Source: a virus
Taxonomy: Duplodnaviria; Caudoviricetes
IMG/VR virus record: IMGVR_UViG_3300046782_000288
Location: 1 to 34,775 of that record
Direction: 5' to 3' (one strand)
Length of the DNA: 34,775 nucleotides
Below the pieces are notes generated by a model. That model was given only the letters and a program-made list of their open reading frames with translations, was not told the DNA's origin and made no database searches. The first letter of the stretch is position 1, and each line of letters starts with the position of its first letter. A program made the position numbers and the translations under genes. Positions 5,817-15,806 of the stretch are shown in pieces.

Positions 5817-8800
5817 GGCGGAGGCTGGAGTGCTGCAGCTGCCTGCGGCTGATGCGCCGCATTCCAAGCGACCTTAGTCGCTTTCAGCGCATGGGGGAGA
5901 TAGCGCACTCGCTCGGCTGGTGAGGCTTCATCCAGTACGGCGGTTTGTTCCTGTTGCGGCAATTTCGAGAACATAAATTGATCGCCAGCCAGCTTCCCGG
6001 TTGCCACCATGCTCTTGCCCGTAATGCCCGCCTTTTGCGCTGCCGCGTAGGCGGCGTTCAGCTCATCCGAATTACCGTGCTGCTTGGCCAGCAATATCTG
6101 GCTGCGCGCCGCCTGCTGGGCCTGGGTGACATCCTCGTCCTGATACGGCCGTGTTTCCGGAGCGACGAAGCGCTGGTAGAGATAACCGATCCGGTTCTGA
6201 ATTGCCGACCGGTTGGCGTAAGCCGGCGCCGGACCGAAGCCAAGATAGGCCAAGGGTGTCTCGATCGGCTGGCCACCGGTTTCCTGGGCGCGCTGAGCGC
6301 CAGACACCGACATGGGCGATAGCTGCCCGGTCGCGATGTGCTTCATCGCCTGCTCGATCTGCTGGTAGCCCGGCGCATTGGTGTCCCAGATTTCACGGCC
6401 GAAATAGTCCCGGTTCTCCCAGAGTTCCTTCAGCGGCTGGAACAGCGTCTTGTTCCATAGCATGGCGCCTGCACCTCCAAGCGTACCGCCGATGCCGCCG
6501 CCTTGTTCCTCAATGTGCTTCTGCAGCATCGGAATTTCGCGCAGGTAGAACATGGTCGAGAGGCGCCGCGGTGAGCCATCAGGATTGACCCCGCCGACCC
6601 GCGGGAAAATGCAGTCGGACAAGTCCTTTGGATCCTCGCCGGACAGCATCTTGGTCATCACCCCGCCGATGAGTGCGGCGGTGCCCATGTAGATGCTGGC
6701 AAACTTGATCTTATTGGTTGCATCACGGGCGATCTGCCGGGCCGCATTCGGGGCCATGCCTGGAACTATCCGGCCCAGCGGGCGGGTGGCGGCCTCAACG
6801 GCGGCCCCCCCGAACTCGCGGGCAAAGCCTAGGTTCCAGCCCAGCGACAGGAAGGAGCCGATGCTGGCATCCTTGACATAGCGGTTCCAAAATAGGCCGC
6901 CGTAGAACATCTCGCCGAACCGGTTGTCGACGCTCTTAGCGATCGCCCGCAGCGCGATTCCACGCTTCGCCGGATCGTTATAGAGATCAGGCCGCCGTTC
7001 CGCGAACGCCGCCACGTCGTTGAGGTAGGCCGCAGTTTTGAGGTGTGGAATCCACTGCTCAAAAAGAGGCTTCTGGATCTGATGGATTGCAAAACGAAGG
7101 CCCTCATAGCCGACCTTGAGCGGGCTCATGTCTTGCCATGCCTGGGTAAGTTTCCGTCCGGCATCAGTGCTCAACTCTTTCGACAGCATCGGCGCGAAGC
7201 CGCCGTCTTCCATATCCCGGACGGCGATCCTGCCCTCCGGCGTCCGGGCGCCATCGCCCAAAAGCCACTGGGCCCGTCCCATCTCGCCGATGGGTTGTCG
7301 AAGCGAAACGGCCTGGCCGAAGCTCTTGAGTGCACCAGCGAGATCGCCAGTTAGCGCTTGGTCGGTCGCCCGCGCGACGCTACTGGAGAAATTGATGTGG
7401 GCGACGTGCAAGGGGTGAAAGAGGCTGAGCGCAAGCTTTACTGGTACCCAAGCGGCCTTGAACCCCATCCAGCCCCTGAATGCATCGCCTGCAAGACCCT
7501 GATCGGCCCATAGCCCCCTCGCCGCAACGGTGTTGTTCCACAACGGAAGGACATCGGGTGCAATCGCCCATTGCTTGCGGTCCGGAGCGTTGATGATCTG
7601 CCAGCCCATGCGCGACAACGCTTTCATTGCCTGCGGATCAGCGCCTTCAGTCCGGTCAGCCATCCCGGTTTTCTTCAAGCTATCGAGCAGCTCCATGGTA
7701 TTGCGCATGTCGGCGCCCGCCATGAGCCGCGCACGAACTAGTAGTTCCGGATTGGTAGACTTGAGCTTGTAGCCGGCGGCCAGGCCGTGCTCGATCAGAT
7801 CGATTGTGCGGGCTTTCTGGAACCCGGTCGGGCCGATGGTTTGCCGCATGTAGTCGGCGATCGGGGCCTGCCCCGTATTAGGTCTCTCCCAAAGATGGGG
7901 AAAATAGTCCTCGATATAGCCGGCCTTGGAGCCGTATTGCTTCTCCAGCGTGTAAGCAGCATCGAGCATCTTGGAGTAGGTTTGCGCCAGCGTCCGAAAC
8001 ACGGGGTTCTGCGGCTGCCGCTTGTTCTCGATATCGGACAGGAAGCCAACCCGATCAGCTTCCGGTGTTTTATTCCACAGAGCCTCGCGCTTCAGGCCAT
8101 CATTGATGATCCGGTCATCTTCCCCCTGCGTTGATACAGCACGTTTGGCGAACAGCGGATCGGCCTCGAACGCCCTCGGGCTGATCGTCTCGGGCTGGAA
8201 CGTCTCCTTGTAGGACCGTATCAGCTTGCGCAGTGCCTGGAAGCGCTGCGGCTGGGTTGGAGGAAGCGGCGTTATGGACCCCGGAGGCGGCCCTCCAGGC
8301 CCTCCAGGCGGGGGTGGCTTGCCGCCTGCACCGCCACCACCTGCGTCGCTGATGGGCCCTTCGGGTGGCGGCGCACCAGGCTCCGGACCGCGCAGCACAT
8401 CGCCCGGCCGCTGCTCGGCGGCAACCGATGGGGCTGCGGGAGTTGCCGGAGCTGCCGGCTCTTGTTCCGGCGGCGGGGCTGCAGCTTCACCCCCGGGCGC
8501 CATCTTGGCGCGGATCGCTGCGTCCAGCGCTGGGTCGGGGACTAGTCCCTCGGTGCCCCCCCCCTGCTGGACGGCGGCCGCAGCTGGTTGTTCGAGTGGT
8601 TTGGACTGCGATCGGAAGTGATCCTGCCATTGCTTGTCTGGAAGAACATATTCGTCAGTACCGCCATGCCCTTGAGCAAATTTATTAAGATCAGCAGGGG
8701 TAATATCGATGTAATTTACGTCACCGTATTTTTGGGCTTTCGCTAGATCGGTCGTATACCAGCCGCCGCCCATGGGGCTTCCAGGCATGGCAGCGCCAGC

Positions 8801-9829
8801 GCCAGGAGTTTCCCCCCGGTAGAGCCGTAGCTTGCCTTGCAATTTTCCTTGCTCGTCTCGATAAATCCCGGTCGGGGCTGGTTCGCCTGCCGGCGCCTCC
8901 TTGCCGTAGTCCTCCGGACCGCCCCTGTCGCCGCCCGGAGCCACCGCCTCTGGCGTGGCCGGGGCAGCGCCAGGCTCGACCGTGGTTCCGGCTTTAGGCG
9001 ATGGCTGTTCCTGGGCGACGCCACCGGCAGCGTCCGGTCCAGCCTTGCCATGGAACTGCTCGGTCAGCCTGGTGCCCAACCGTGCTCCCGCGGATTCGAA
9101 GGGGGTGAGGAATTTGCGCGGCTGCGTGAAGGCCGCGCCCATTCCCACGTTCAGCGCGATCGCCGCCGGATCGAAAGGCTTCCCTTCGGCCAGTTCGCTT
9201 CCCGTTTCGACGCCGCCCATGAGGGCGCCGGAGAACGCCCGCTGTCCAAGGGTCACGACGCCGCGCCCCATGCCGAATGGAACCGCAGCCGTCAGCGCGC
9301 CACCGATCAGCGTCGATCCGGGGTTGGCCTCCTCATTGGCTGCTTGCTGCAAACTATCGTCGAAATTCAGCGCCTTAGCGGCTGCTTCTTGTGCCTCGCT
9401 TGCCAGGTATCCGCTGACGCCGCCGGTCACAAGACCAGCAGCTCCACCGATCAAAGTACCGCCAAGGGTGCCGAGACCCGGAAGGCCCAGGGTCCCCGCG
9501 GCCGCGCCATAGCCGCCCATAGTGGCAGCGCCCGCCGCCGCGCCCGCGAGCGTGGGGCCGATACCGTGCGCGAACTTGCGCACGCCGGACCAGAACGGGC
9601 TCTCGGCTTGCGGCAGCTCGGGTTGCCCTGTCTGCTGCTCAAATTGAGCAAAATAATTATCCGGGGGTTTCTGCTGTGGTGGTTGTTCGAACTGAGCAAA
9701 ATAGTTGTCGTTGGACGCAGGAGCGGCCGCGGCAGGAGCGTTTTCGAACTGAGAAAAATAGTTATCGCCATCGGACGGTACCGACGTAGCATTATCGTTA
9801 TAGTCAGGACCGTCGTAAGCGTCGCCCAT
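5813..9829 (-). CDS. Large internal virion / DNA-ejection protein (1338 aa) with an ADP-ribosyltransferase-like insert
   Basis: Last and largest of three Gly/Ala/Pro-rich genes after the nozzle. It has three N-terminal DNYF(S/A)QFE repeats, Gly-rich hydrophobic segments and an LYRG...WYTTD...DEYVL insert. Confidence 0.7.
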   Translation of the reverse strand: MGDAYDGPDYNDNATSVPSDGDNYFSQFENAPAAAAPASNDNYFAQFEQPPQQKPPDNYFAQFEQQTGQPELPQAESPFWSGVRKFAHGIGPTLAGAAAGAATMGGYGAAAGTLGLPGLGTLGGTLIGGAAGLVTGGVSGYLASEAQEAAAKALNFDDSLQQAANEEANPGSTLIGGALTAAVPFGMGRGVVTLGQRAFSGALMGGVETGSELAEGKPFDPAAIALNVGMGAAFTQPRKFLTPFESAGARLGTRLTEQFHGKAGPDAAGGVAQEQPSPKAGTTVEPGAAPATPEAVAPGGDRGGPEDYGKEAPAGEPAPTGIYRDEQGKLQGKLRLYRGETPGAGAAMPGSPMGGGWYTTDLAKAQKYGDVNYIDITPADLNKFAQGHGGTDEYVLPDKQWQDHFRSQSKPLEQPAAAAVQQGGGTEGLVPDPALDAAIRAKMAPGGEAAAPPPEQEPAAPATPAAPSVAAEQRPGDVLRGPEPGAPPPEGPISDAGGGGAGGKPPPPGGPGGPPPGSITPLPPTQPQRFQALRKLIRSYKETFQPETISPRAFEADPLFAKRAVSTQGEDDRIINDGLKREALWNKTPEADRVGFLSDIENKRQPQNPVFRTLAQTYSKMLDAAYTLEKQYGSKAGYIEDYFPHLWERPNTGQAPIADYMRQTIGPTGFQKARTIDLIEHGLAAGYKLKSTNPELLVRARLMAGADMRNTMELLDSLKKTGMADRTEGADPQAMKALSRMGWQIINAPDRKQWAIAPDVLPLWNNTVAARGLWADQGLAGDAFRGWMGFKAAWVPVKLALSLFHPLHVAHINFSSSVARATDQALTGDLAGALKSFGQAVSLRQPIGEMGRAQWLLGDGARTPEGRIAVRDMEDGGFAPMLSKELSTDAGRKLTQAWQDMSPLKVGYEGLRFAIHQIQKPLFEQWIPHLKTAAYLNDVAAFAERRPDLYNDPAKRGIALRAIAKSVDNRFGEMFYGGLFWNRYVKDASIGSFLSLGWNLGFAREFGGAAVEAATRPLGRIVPGMAPNAARQIARDATNKIKFASIYMGTAALIGGVMTKMLSGEDPKDLSDCIFPRVGGVNPDGSPRRLSTMFYLREIPMLQKHIEEQGGGIGGTLGGAGAMLWNKTLFQPLKELWENRDYFGREIWDTNAPGYQQIEQAMKHIATGQLSPMSVSGAQRAQETGGQPIETPLAYLGFGPAPAYANRSAIQNRIGYLYQRFVAPETRPYQDEDVTQAQQAARSQILLAKQHGNSDELNAAYAAAQKAGITGKSMVATGKLAGDQFMFSKLPQQEQTAVLDEASPAERVRYLPHALKATKVAWNAAHQPQAAAALQPPP

Positions 9830-9830
9830 G

Positions 9831-12800
9831 CTACTGGCCTAGATAGCGTGCAGACGCCCCCGGACCGTAGTAATTATCGAATTCCGCCCGACGTCGGGGG
9901 TCAGCCTTCAAAGCTTGAATTGCTGCGGGAGCAGGCTGCCGTAGCTGCGGCGCGGGCACCAGGTTTTGTGCCGGTTGCGGCACCCGTAGCACCGACTGCG
10001 GCGACTGCTGTGCCGGAGTTGCCGGAGCTACCCCGCCCTGCGGTAACGGCGCTACCGGCTTGGGTACTTGCGCAGGCGGTGCCGCACCTTGACTACCGAA
10101 TATCAGATCGTGAGCATGAACCATGGCGCCAAGTTCGTCATCATTGGGCTTGTAGTTGGGATCGTTCATGGTTTTTGCGCGGTAATCCTTCAATAATTCA
10201 GCGGCTGCGCCACCAACATTACGCTGCACCGCTTCATACGCACGCTCGAACCTATTGTTGTCCGCTATGACCCCCTGCATGTCGGTGTGGTATTGAGTCT
10301 GCTGGTCCTTCGCCAAGCTGCGGAAAGTTTTTCCATCGTCCGCTAGCTTCGCACGCGCCATCCTGCTTTCCGGCGTGTCCCGAGTGGCATACGACTCGCG
10401 TTTGAGTTGGTCCTCCTGCGCCTGGCGCTCGAGCGTGCCCTGGTATTGCACACGTTGTCTCGTCTGGGACGCCATCGGGAATGCCCGCGCTGCGCGGGCG
10501 GCGGGGGATTGGTCGTCGGCGGGCGGCTGCTGACCGACAGCGCCGGGGATGTTGGGCGGCGGCTGCCAAGCCGGAGGCCTTCCGGCTTCCGGCGATCCCG
10601 GCGCGACCCCGACTGGCGCCCCGCTGCCTGGCATGACCTGCTGGGGCGGCGTCACGACCTGTCCGGTATTCGGGTCGTAATAGGGCGCCGGGCGCTCGGT
10701 GACGTACATCGGCGGCGCGCCGCGCGGCATCGGCCGCCCGATCGGCCGCGACATGTCCTGCGTCCACGGCCGCGAGCCCTCGGCTGCCTGCTGCTCTGGC
10801 GATCGGCCGTATTTATCCGACGGCACGATGTCGAGCGCACCGGAGGCCGACAGGTTCTGGTAGGCTTGGTCTTTGGCCGAAAACCCGAACGGCCGGTTGA
10901 GGCTGCCGCGCACGCCGGTACCGCCTGGCGTGCCCTCGCGAGGTCGCGTAGGGATGCCGGTGCCGCCGGTCATCTCCAGGCGCTCGCCCGTGCGCGGATC
11001 GATGACGGTCCTTTGACTCTGATTAGGAGGCGTGAATTCGAGCGTCCCATCCGGCTTGATGATCTCGCCGTTGCGATTGACCGGCACGCCGTTGATGTTT
11101 CTGCCAACAGGCCGTAGGTCTTCCTTGCTGGGTTGTCGGGGAAGCGGTGCCCCATACCCTGTTCGACCCTGACCCTGCTGTCCTTGCTGCCCGTTAGCGC
11201 CGGTAGTGGGGGTACCAGGCCGATCAGGATCATACGGACCGTAGACACGCTGGCCAGCAACGTAACTAGGATCAATTCTACCGCCAAAGTTAACGTTTAG
11301 TTTTGGCGTATCAGTTAGGTATTTTGGCGGTGCAATTGGTTGTCCAGGCGCTGTGAGGGCGTTCTTTAGTGTATTACCATCGAAAGTCCCCCACCTGTGT
11401 GAATAATGCGCTACTGCCTCGTCGCGCTGTTTGGTCAATTCATCTAGTCGAGCGGCACTCTCTGGCGTCAGCTTGTGCGCAGCCTCGTTTGCTACAAGCT
11501 TATCGTATTCAGGCTGGGTCCGACTCCAAAATCCATATGCCAAAAATGCATCGCGCCTCGCCGGATCGTTGCCATAATGTCGCGCAGCATAAGCTTCCGG
11601 CGAATTAGGATCATTCGCCTGCCGTTGTTGCGGGCCGCCATACCCGGTTTGAACCGGAGCGTATCCTGCATGCTCCATCCAATTTGGCGGCTCCGAAAGT
11701 GCGTCGGCGGCTTTCTGCGGGTTAGTCGCAGCGATGCCGGAAGTCCCGCTGCCAGCTGGCGGCTTCTCAGGCATATAACCGGTCGGATCGATCGGTGTCG
11801 GGCCAGCAGGAGCTTCGTTGACAATCGCATCCTGCACATGCTTCGGCGTATCGCCAGCGGGGTCTCTATTGGCTGCCTCGTTGAGGGCCTGTTCTACCTG
11901 CGCAGGCGGTGCCGCGTTGGCACCGTTGATGTAGTCGGCAAGCGCCTGCTTGACGGAACCCCAAGCTCTCGGCAGCACGGCAGCTTTGGCCGCCTGCTCG
12001 GCCCGAATACGCTCATCCATCCCACTATAGAGCTTGGAGCCAGATCTCGACAGCAACGTGCCTATGTCAGTTTCGCCCGACACCGGCTCTTGCACCGGTT
12101 GCTGCGCTGGCGCCGATGCCGCACCACGTTGCGCGTTGAGCATGTAATCGTCGATTGAGTTGTCAGCCGGAACATCGGGCGGCGGCGGGTTGTCCCGTTC
12201 ATCCTGGCTGGTCCATGGCGGATCCGGCGGCAACGTATCGTCGACCTCACCGCCATCATCGTAACCGCGTACCGGGCCACCCGCTGCATATTGCCGAGCA
12301 TCTCCTGCAAATATTAAATTTCCTTGTTCGTCGAACAAAGTATCCCGTACATCCGCAGGAGACGTTCGTCCTTGTTCGTCGGTGTAAACCTCACCACCCG
12401 CCGCATACCCTATGCGCGGCGGCGCCTGGCCGATCCTGTCGACGCCAAACATCTTGCGGGTATGCTGCAGCACCTGGCGCACCTTGTGGATTGGATCGGC
12501 GGGATGCTCCGGCACGCGCGGCGTCGGCCGCCCGGAAGCGATGCCAAGATTGTGCCCCACGCCGTTGTCGATCACATGGTCGAAGCTGGTCGCGGGACCG
12601 ATTAAATAATGGTGGAACTGATCCGGCGTCATGACGTGTCGGCTCTGCTCGCCGCCACGCGGATCGTGGACGATCGCCAGGACGTTGCCATCGGGCTGCA
12701 CATGCAGGATCAGGCTCTTGCCGTCCGGCACCATATCGTGCGCCCGCTGGGCAAAACGGACGGCTGCGTTCTCGTCTCGGTGCGCCAGCGCACCCTGCGC

Positions 12801-13355
12801 CATAGCGATCATGGCGTCGTAACGCTTGCGCAACCCCGCTAGTAGGGCGGCACGCTTGTTTATGTCGGCACCGGGTTGCACTGAGCCGTCTTGAGCGCCG
12901 ACAGTTCCACCGCCCGCGTAGCCGACCGCCATGGCAGCCTGATAAGGGTCGACACTTGTGTCGCTCCAGTCGGGACCGGTCGTAGGATAGACGGTATCGT
13001 CGGGCGCTTTTGGCCTCGGTTTCGGTCGCATTATCGGTTGCGGTACTGACTCATCATAAGCCACAGCGCCGCCGTCCTGGTAACCAACACGCCGCATTGG
13101 ACGGCGCATACGGCGATGCGCTTGAGGCATCGCAGGTCTCGGAGCCGCGAACATCAGGCCTGAAGTGTTGTAGTTGCCGCCGCCGCTGGAACCGGCAGAG
13201 CCAGGATCGGCAATGGGGATAGGCGGAGGCGTTGCGCCTCCTACCGTGCCGGTCGTAGGTCCAGCACCTGCGCCTGGATCAGCAACCGGGATAGGAGGTG
13301 GGATAGCGCCGCCACCCTGATAGCCGACGCGCGGCTTGTGCTTGGTCCTGGCCAT
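9831..13355 (-). CDS. Internal virion / ejection protein (1174 aa), largely disordered
   Basis: Pro/Gly/Gln-rich, six (G)YxxGGx(V/I) motifs, coupled to both neighbours. Confidence 0.7.
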   Translation of the reverse strand: MARTKHKPRVGYQGGGAIPPPIPVADPGAGAGPTTGTVGGATPPPIPIADPGSAGSSGGGNYNTSGLMFAAPRPAMPQAHRRMRRPMRRVGYQDGGAVAYDESVPQPIMRPKPRPKAPDDTVYPTTGPDWSDTSVDPYQAAMAVGYAGGGTVGAQDGSVQPGADINKRAALLAGLRKRYDAMIAMAQGALAHRDENAAVRFAQRAHDMVPDGKSLILHVQPDGNVLAIVHDPRGGEQSRHVMTPDQFHHYLIGPATSFDHVIDNGVGHNLGIASGRPTPRVPEHPADPIHKVRQVLQHTRKMFGVDRIGQAPPRIGYAAGGEVYTDEQGRTSPADVRDTLFDEQGNLIFAGDARQYAAGGPVRGYDDGGEVDDTLPPDPPWTSQDERDNPPPPDVPADNSIDDYMLNAQRGAASAPAQQPVQEPVSGETDIGTLLSRSGSKLYSGMDERIRAEQAAKAAVLPRAWGSVKQALADYINGANAAPPAQVEQALNEAANRDPAGDTPKHVQDAIVNEAPAGPTPIDPTGYMPEKPPAGSGTSGIAATNPQKAADALSEPPNWMEHAGYAPVQTGYGGPQQRQANDPNSPEAYAARHYGNDPARRDAFLAYGFWSRTQPEYDKLVANEAAHKLTPESAARLDELTKQRDEAVAHYSHRWGTFDGNTLKNALTAPGQPIAPPKYLTDTPKLNVNFGGRIDPSYVAGQRVYGPYDPDRPGTPTTGANGQQGQQGQGRTGYGAPLPRQPSKEDLRPVGRNINGVPVNRNGEIIKPDGTLEFTPPNQSQRTVIDPRTGERLEMTGGTGIPTRPREGTPGGTGVRGSLNRPFGFSAKDQAYQNLSASGALDIVPSDKYGRSPEQQAAEGSRPWTQDMSRPIGRPMPRGAPPMYVTERPAPYYDPNTGQVVTPPQQVMPGSGAPVGVAPGSPEAGRPPAWQPPPNIPGAVGQQPPADDQSPAARAARAFPMASQTRQRVQYQGTLERQAQEDQLKRESYATRDTPESRMARAKLADDGKTFRSLAKDQQTQYHTDMQGVIADNNRFERAYEAVQRNVGGAAAELLKDYRAKTMNDPNYKPNDDELGAMVHAHDLIFGSQGAAPPAQVPKPVAPLPQGGVAPATPAQQSPQSVLRVPQPAQNLVPAPQLRQPAPAAIQALKADPRRRAEFDNYYGPGASARYLGQ

Positions 13356-14320
13356 CAGTTTGCTCCATAGCCGACTTTTGCGCCGTCATTACCGGCCATC
13401 GCGCGAGCTTTTCGTGCTTGTGCCATCAATTTATAGAAGTGTTGTTGCCCGAGCCAGGCTGTCACATCTTTTGGCACAACGAACTCGCCTGCATTCAATT
13501 GCGCTGGCACGTCATCAGTCTGTGCGCCGTCGGACGGACTGAGATCATGCGAGACGAAACCACCGGATGTGGCGTCATTTTCGACGGGACCCCCTGCAGC
13601 CATCAATCCATGTACGGGACCTTGCTGCCATATTGTTGTTTGGGGTGAGACTGGGCTGCTCGTGCTATGACTTCCGCCACTGCTCGACCCGCTCGACTCT
13701 GAGGTGCCAGAGGACGTGGTGCCCAGCGGCGAGTACTTTAAGCTCATGCCAGTACCGGCGAACTGGTTGGCCGCATTAGCGGCACCATAGCCGGTCTGGA
13801 CGTTCTGCAGGCTGGACGAGATCGCCTGGTTCTGCATCGCGTTGCCGGTCGCGACGTCGGCCATGCGCTGCTGGTTGCCGGCACCGGCCGCGCTGGCCCC
13901 CGCCTGTACACGAGCTGCCTGGTCGAGCCCGGCGTAGCGCCCAGCCGATGGGTCGATGCCGTAGCTTTGCAGATCACTGAGCGCACTCTGGCGGCCCTTC
14001 TCCGCCCCTTGCGCCGCGCCCGACTCTGCCATCCCCATGTCGGCCGCGATCCGCTGCGGCGAGGCATAGGTCAGCGCATTGCGCATCAGGCTGTCGATGT
14101 TGCCCTGGTTGTTGGCGTATTGCTGCATGCCCCACTGGTAGACCTGCGGAGCCATGCCCTGAGCATATTTAGCGATGCTCTCCAGGATCGGCGTTTCGGA
14201 ATAGTCGGGGATATAGGTCTGCGACTGCTGCTGGCTGGTCGATTGCTGCGTGCTTTGCTGTGACGAGCCTGACGTTGTATACGTGCCGCTCGTGGGTGCA
14301 AATAAATTTTGCCCAGCCAT
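13355..14320 (-). CDS. Internal virion / pilot-type protein (321 aa)
   Basis: SD AGGAGG; Ala/Gln/Gly helical region; C-terminal MAAGGPV...TDDVPAQLNAGEFVVPKDV motif as in tape-measure and ejection proteins. Confidence 0.75.
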   Translation of the reverse strand: MAGQNLFAPTSGTYTTSGSSQQSTQQSTSQQQSQTYIPDYSETPILESIAKYAQGMAPQVYQWGMQQYANNQGNIDSLMRNALTYASPQRIAADMGMAESGAAQGAEKGRQSALSDLQSYGIDPSAGRYAGLDQAARVQAGASAAGAGNQQRMADVATGNAMQNQAISSSLQNVQTGYGAANAANQFAGTGMSLKYSPLGTTSSGTSESSGSSSGGSHSTSSPVSPQTTIWQQGPVHGLMAAGGPVENDATSGGFVSHDLSPSDGAQTDDVPAQLNAGEFVVPKDVTAWLGQQHFYKLMAQARKARAMAGNDGAKVGYGAN

Positions 14321-14434
14321 GACAACTACCTCCTAAGAGACGCAAATTCACCCCAGCATAGCAGACAAGGGTGTGATCATCTCCTGAAAACGCCTTCACG
14401 TACAGGCCGTTTGCTTAACGGCGGCGAGCCCACT

Positions 14435-15361
14435 TTACGTTACATCCTGCAAGATCAAAGGCGGCGGATCGCTAAACGGAATGCCTGTAAAAGGTTCACC
14501 GCGCGGCGGCCGGGCAATAACAGATGACCACTCAGGTGGCAGATTTTGTGTGCCAATTTCTGTAACCTTCGGAGACTCGGAGAAAACATGCCCTACACCA
14601 GCGTCGTCCAATCGATATGCAATAAGAAAATAGCCCTCAAAAGTAATTTTTTCATCTCCGCTATATCCAGCATGCGAACTGCTAATAGGATAACATTGCA
14701 CCATACTATTAGGAAGCAGAGACGCAGCTGTAATAGGTCTATGGATGCCGTAACGCATTTTCCACTGCATAGTTACACCGGCAGCCATGGCACCAGTTTC
14801 AGCACCCCAAAGCAGCCCCGAAGGCGCTACTTCGGAAGGCAAATCCGCGTTCAACGGATTTGCGATATAGAGCGCTGGAGCTATCAATTTTGTGGCAATT
14901 GTCACACTAGATAAACTATTTACGACATTGTTGTTGTGCTCGAAAGCAAATACCAACACATTCAACCACGTACCATTTATGTCCTGCGGGGCGCCGGTAT
15001 TCGGGTCAGCTGGGAGCTTAGGCGCTACCGACGTCAAAAACACACCGCCATTACCATTGACCAGGAACGCCGTATTCTTGAGAGGAGCGGGGTCTTTGCT
15101 CCAAGTAGGTGTAAACCATGTGTCCAAAAGTTGAGCGCGCTTAGCAACCGGCGTGAGTTTATAAGCAGGTTGAGGGTCCCAACCAGAAGTCTCCATGAAC
15201 ACAACAATAACCTCTATATTTACGCTAACCGATGGCAATGGCTCGCGCCAATGCACCCCGACGATGCGCTGGAAGAAATCTTCCCTGTAGCGCGGCAGCT
15301 TGCCGCCGCCTTCCGCGTACATGTATGGCTTGGGTCCGGGCATCAGTAATTCCACTGCCAC
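14435..15361 (-). CDS. Hypothetical virion-associated protein (308 aa), mostly lower GC
   Basis: Long ORF in operon orientation; GC-rich N-terminus to QRIVGVHW followed by a visibly AT-richer body. Confidence 0.7.
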   Translation of the reverse strand: MAVELLMPGPKPYMYAEGGGKLPRYREDFFQRIVGVHWREPLPSVSVNIEVIVVFMETSGWDPQPAYKLTPVAKRAQLLDTWFTPTWSKDPAPLKNTAFLVNGNGGVFLTSVAPKLPADPNTGAPQDINGTWLNVLVFAFEHNNNVVNSLSSVTIATKLIAPALYIANPLNADLPSEVAPSGLLWGAETGAMAAGVTMQWKMRYGIHRPITAASLLPNSMVQCYPISSSHAGYSGDEKITFEGYFLIAYRLDDAGVGHVFSESPKVTEIGTQNLPPEWSSVIARPPRGEPFTGIPFSDPPPLILQDVT

Positions 15362-15711
15362 AAGCCGTTGGTCGTCTGATCCTGAAACGTCAGTTGCGCG
15401 ATCCGCTCAACGTCAACCCACTGGCTCCGATCATTGGGATTGAATATCCGCACCGGAGTGACGGTTCGACTGATCTCCTGCCAGTTCGGGATCGACGTAT
15501 CCGTATTGAACATGGTAATGATCATGTTTACAGCGCGAATTACCGACGGCAGGTCGTTCGCCAGCGGAATGACCGACGGCGGGATCGGGGGCTGGTTGGC
15601 CACCGACTGGCTGCGGCTGACCGGGCAGACCGGCGCCACACCACCGTTCATGGCCAATGGCCGTATATTGCCGCGCATGGGTGCGCGAGGTATGATTCTG
15701 GCTGCAGGCAT
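15343..15711 (-). CDS. Hypothetical virion-associated protein (122 aa)
   Basis: SD GGAG; C-terminal WQEISRTVTPVRIFNPNDRSQWVDVERI. Confidence 0.7.
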   Translation of the reverse strand: MPAARIIPRAPMRGNIRPLAMNGGVAPVCPVSRSQSVANQPPIPPSVIPLANDLPSVIRAVNMIITMFNTDTSIPNWQEISRTVTPVRIFNPNDRSQWVDVERIAQLTFQDQTTNGLWQWNY

Positions 15712-15732
15712 GGTTTTATCTCCGTAGCTTTA

Positions 15733-15806
15733 TGCTATAGTGCGCAGCGAGATGGCGTTGATAGCGCCACCTCGCCACTTGACACACGAACCGATGGAGC
15801 GGATCG
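15733..15806 (+). promoter_or_regulatory. Extended -10 promoter and hairpin leader of the HNH gene
   Basis: TGcTATAGT at 15733-15741, then hairpin GCGAG-a-TGGCG...CGCCA-c-CTCGC and SD GGAG. Confidence 0.4.

Noticed and set aside
8837-10270. Long + strand ORFs (477 aa here; also 16759-17871 and 26630-27463, and the - strand 2572-3525)
   Set aside because: These are antisense shadows of GC3-rich genes, Arg-rich and without motifs.
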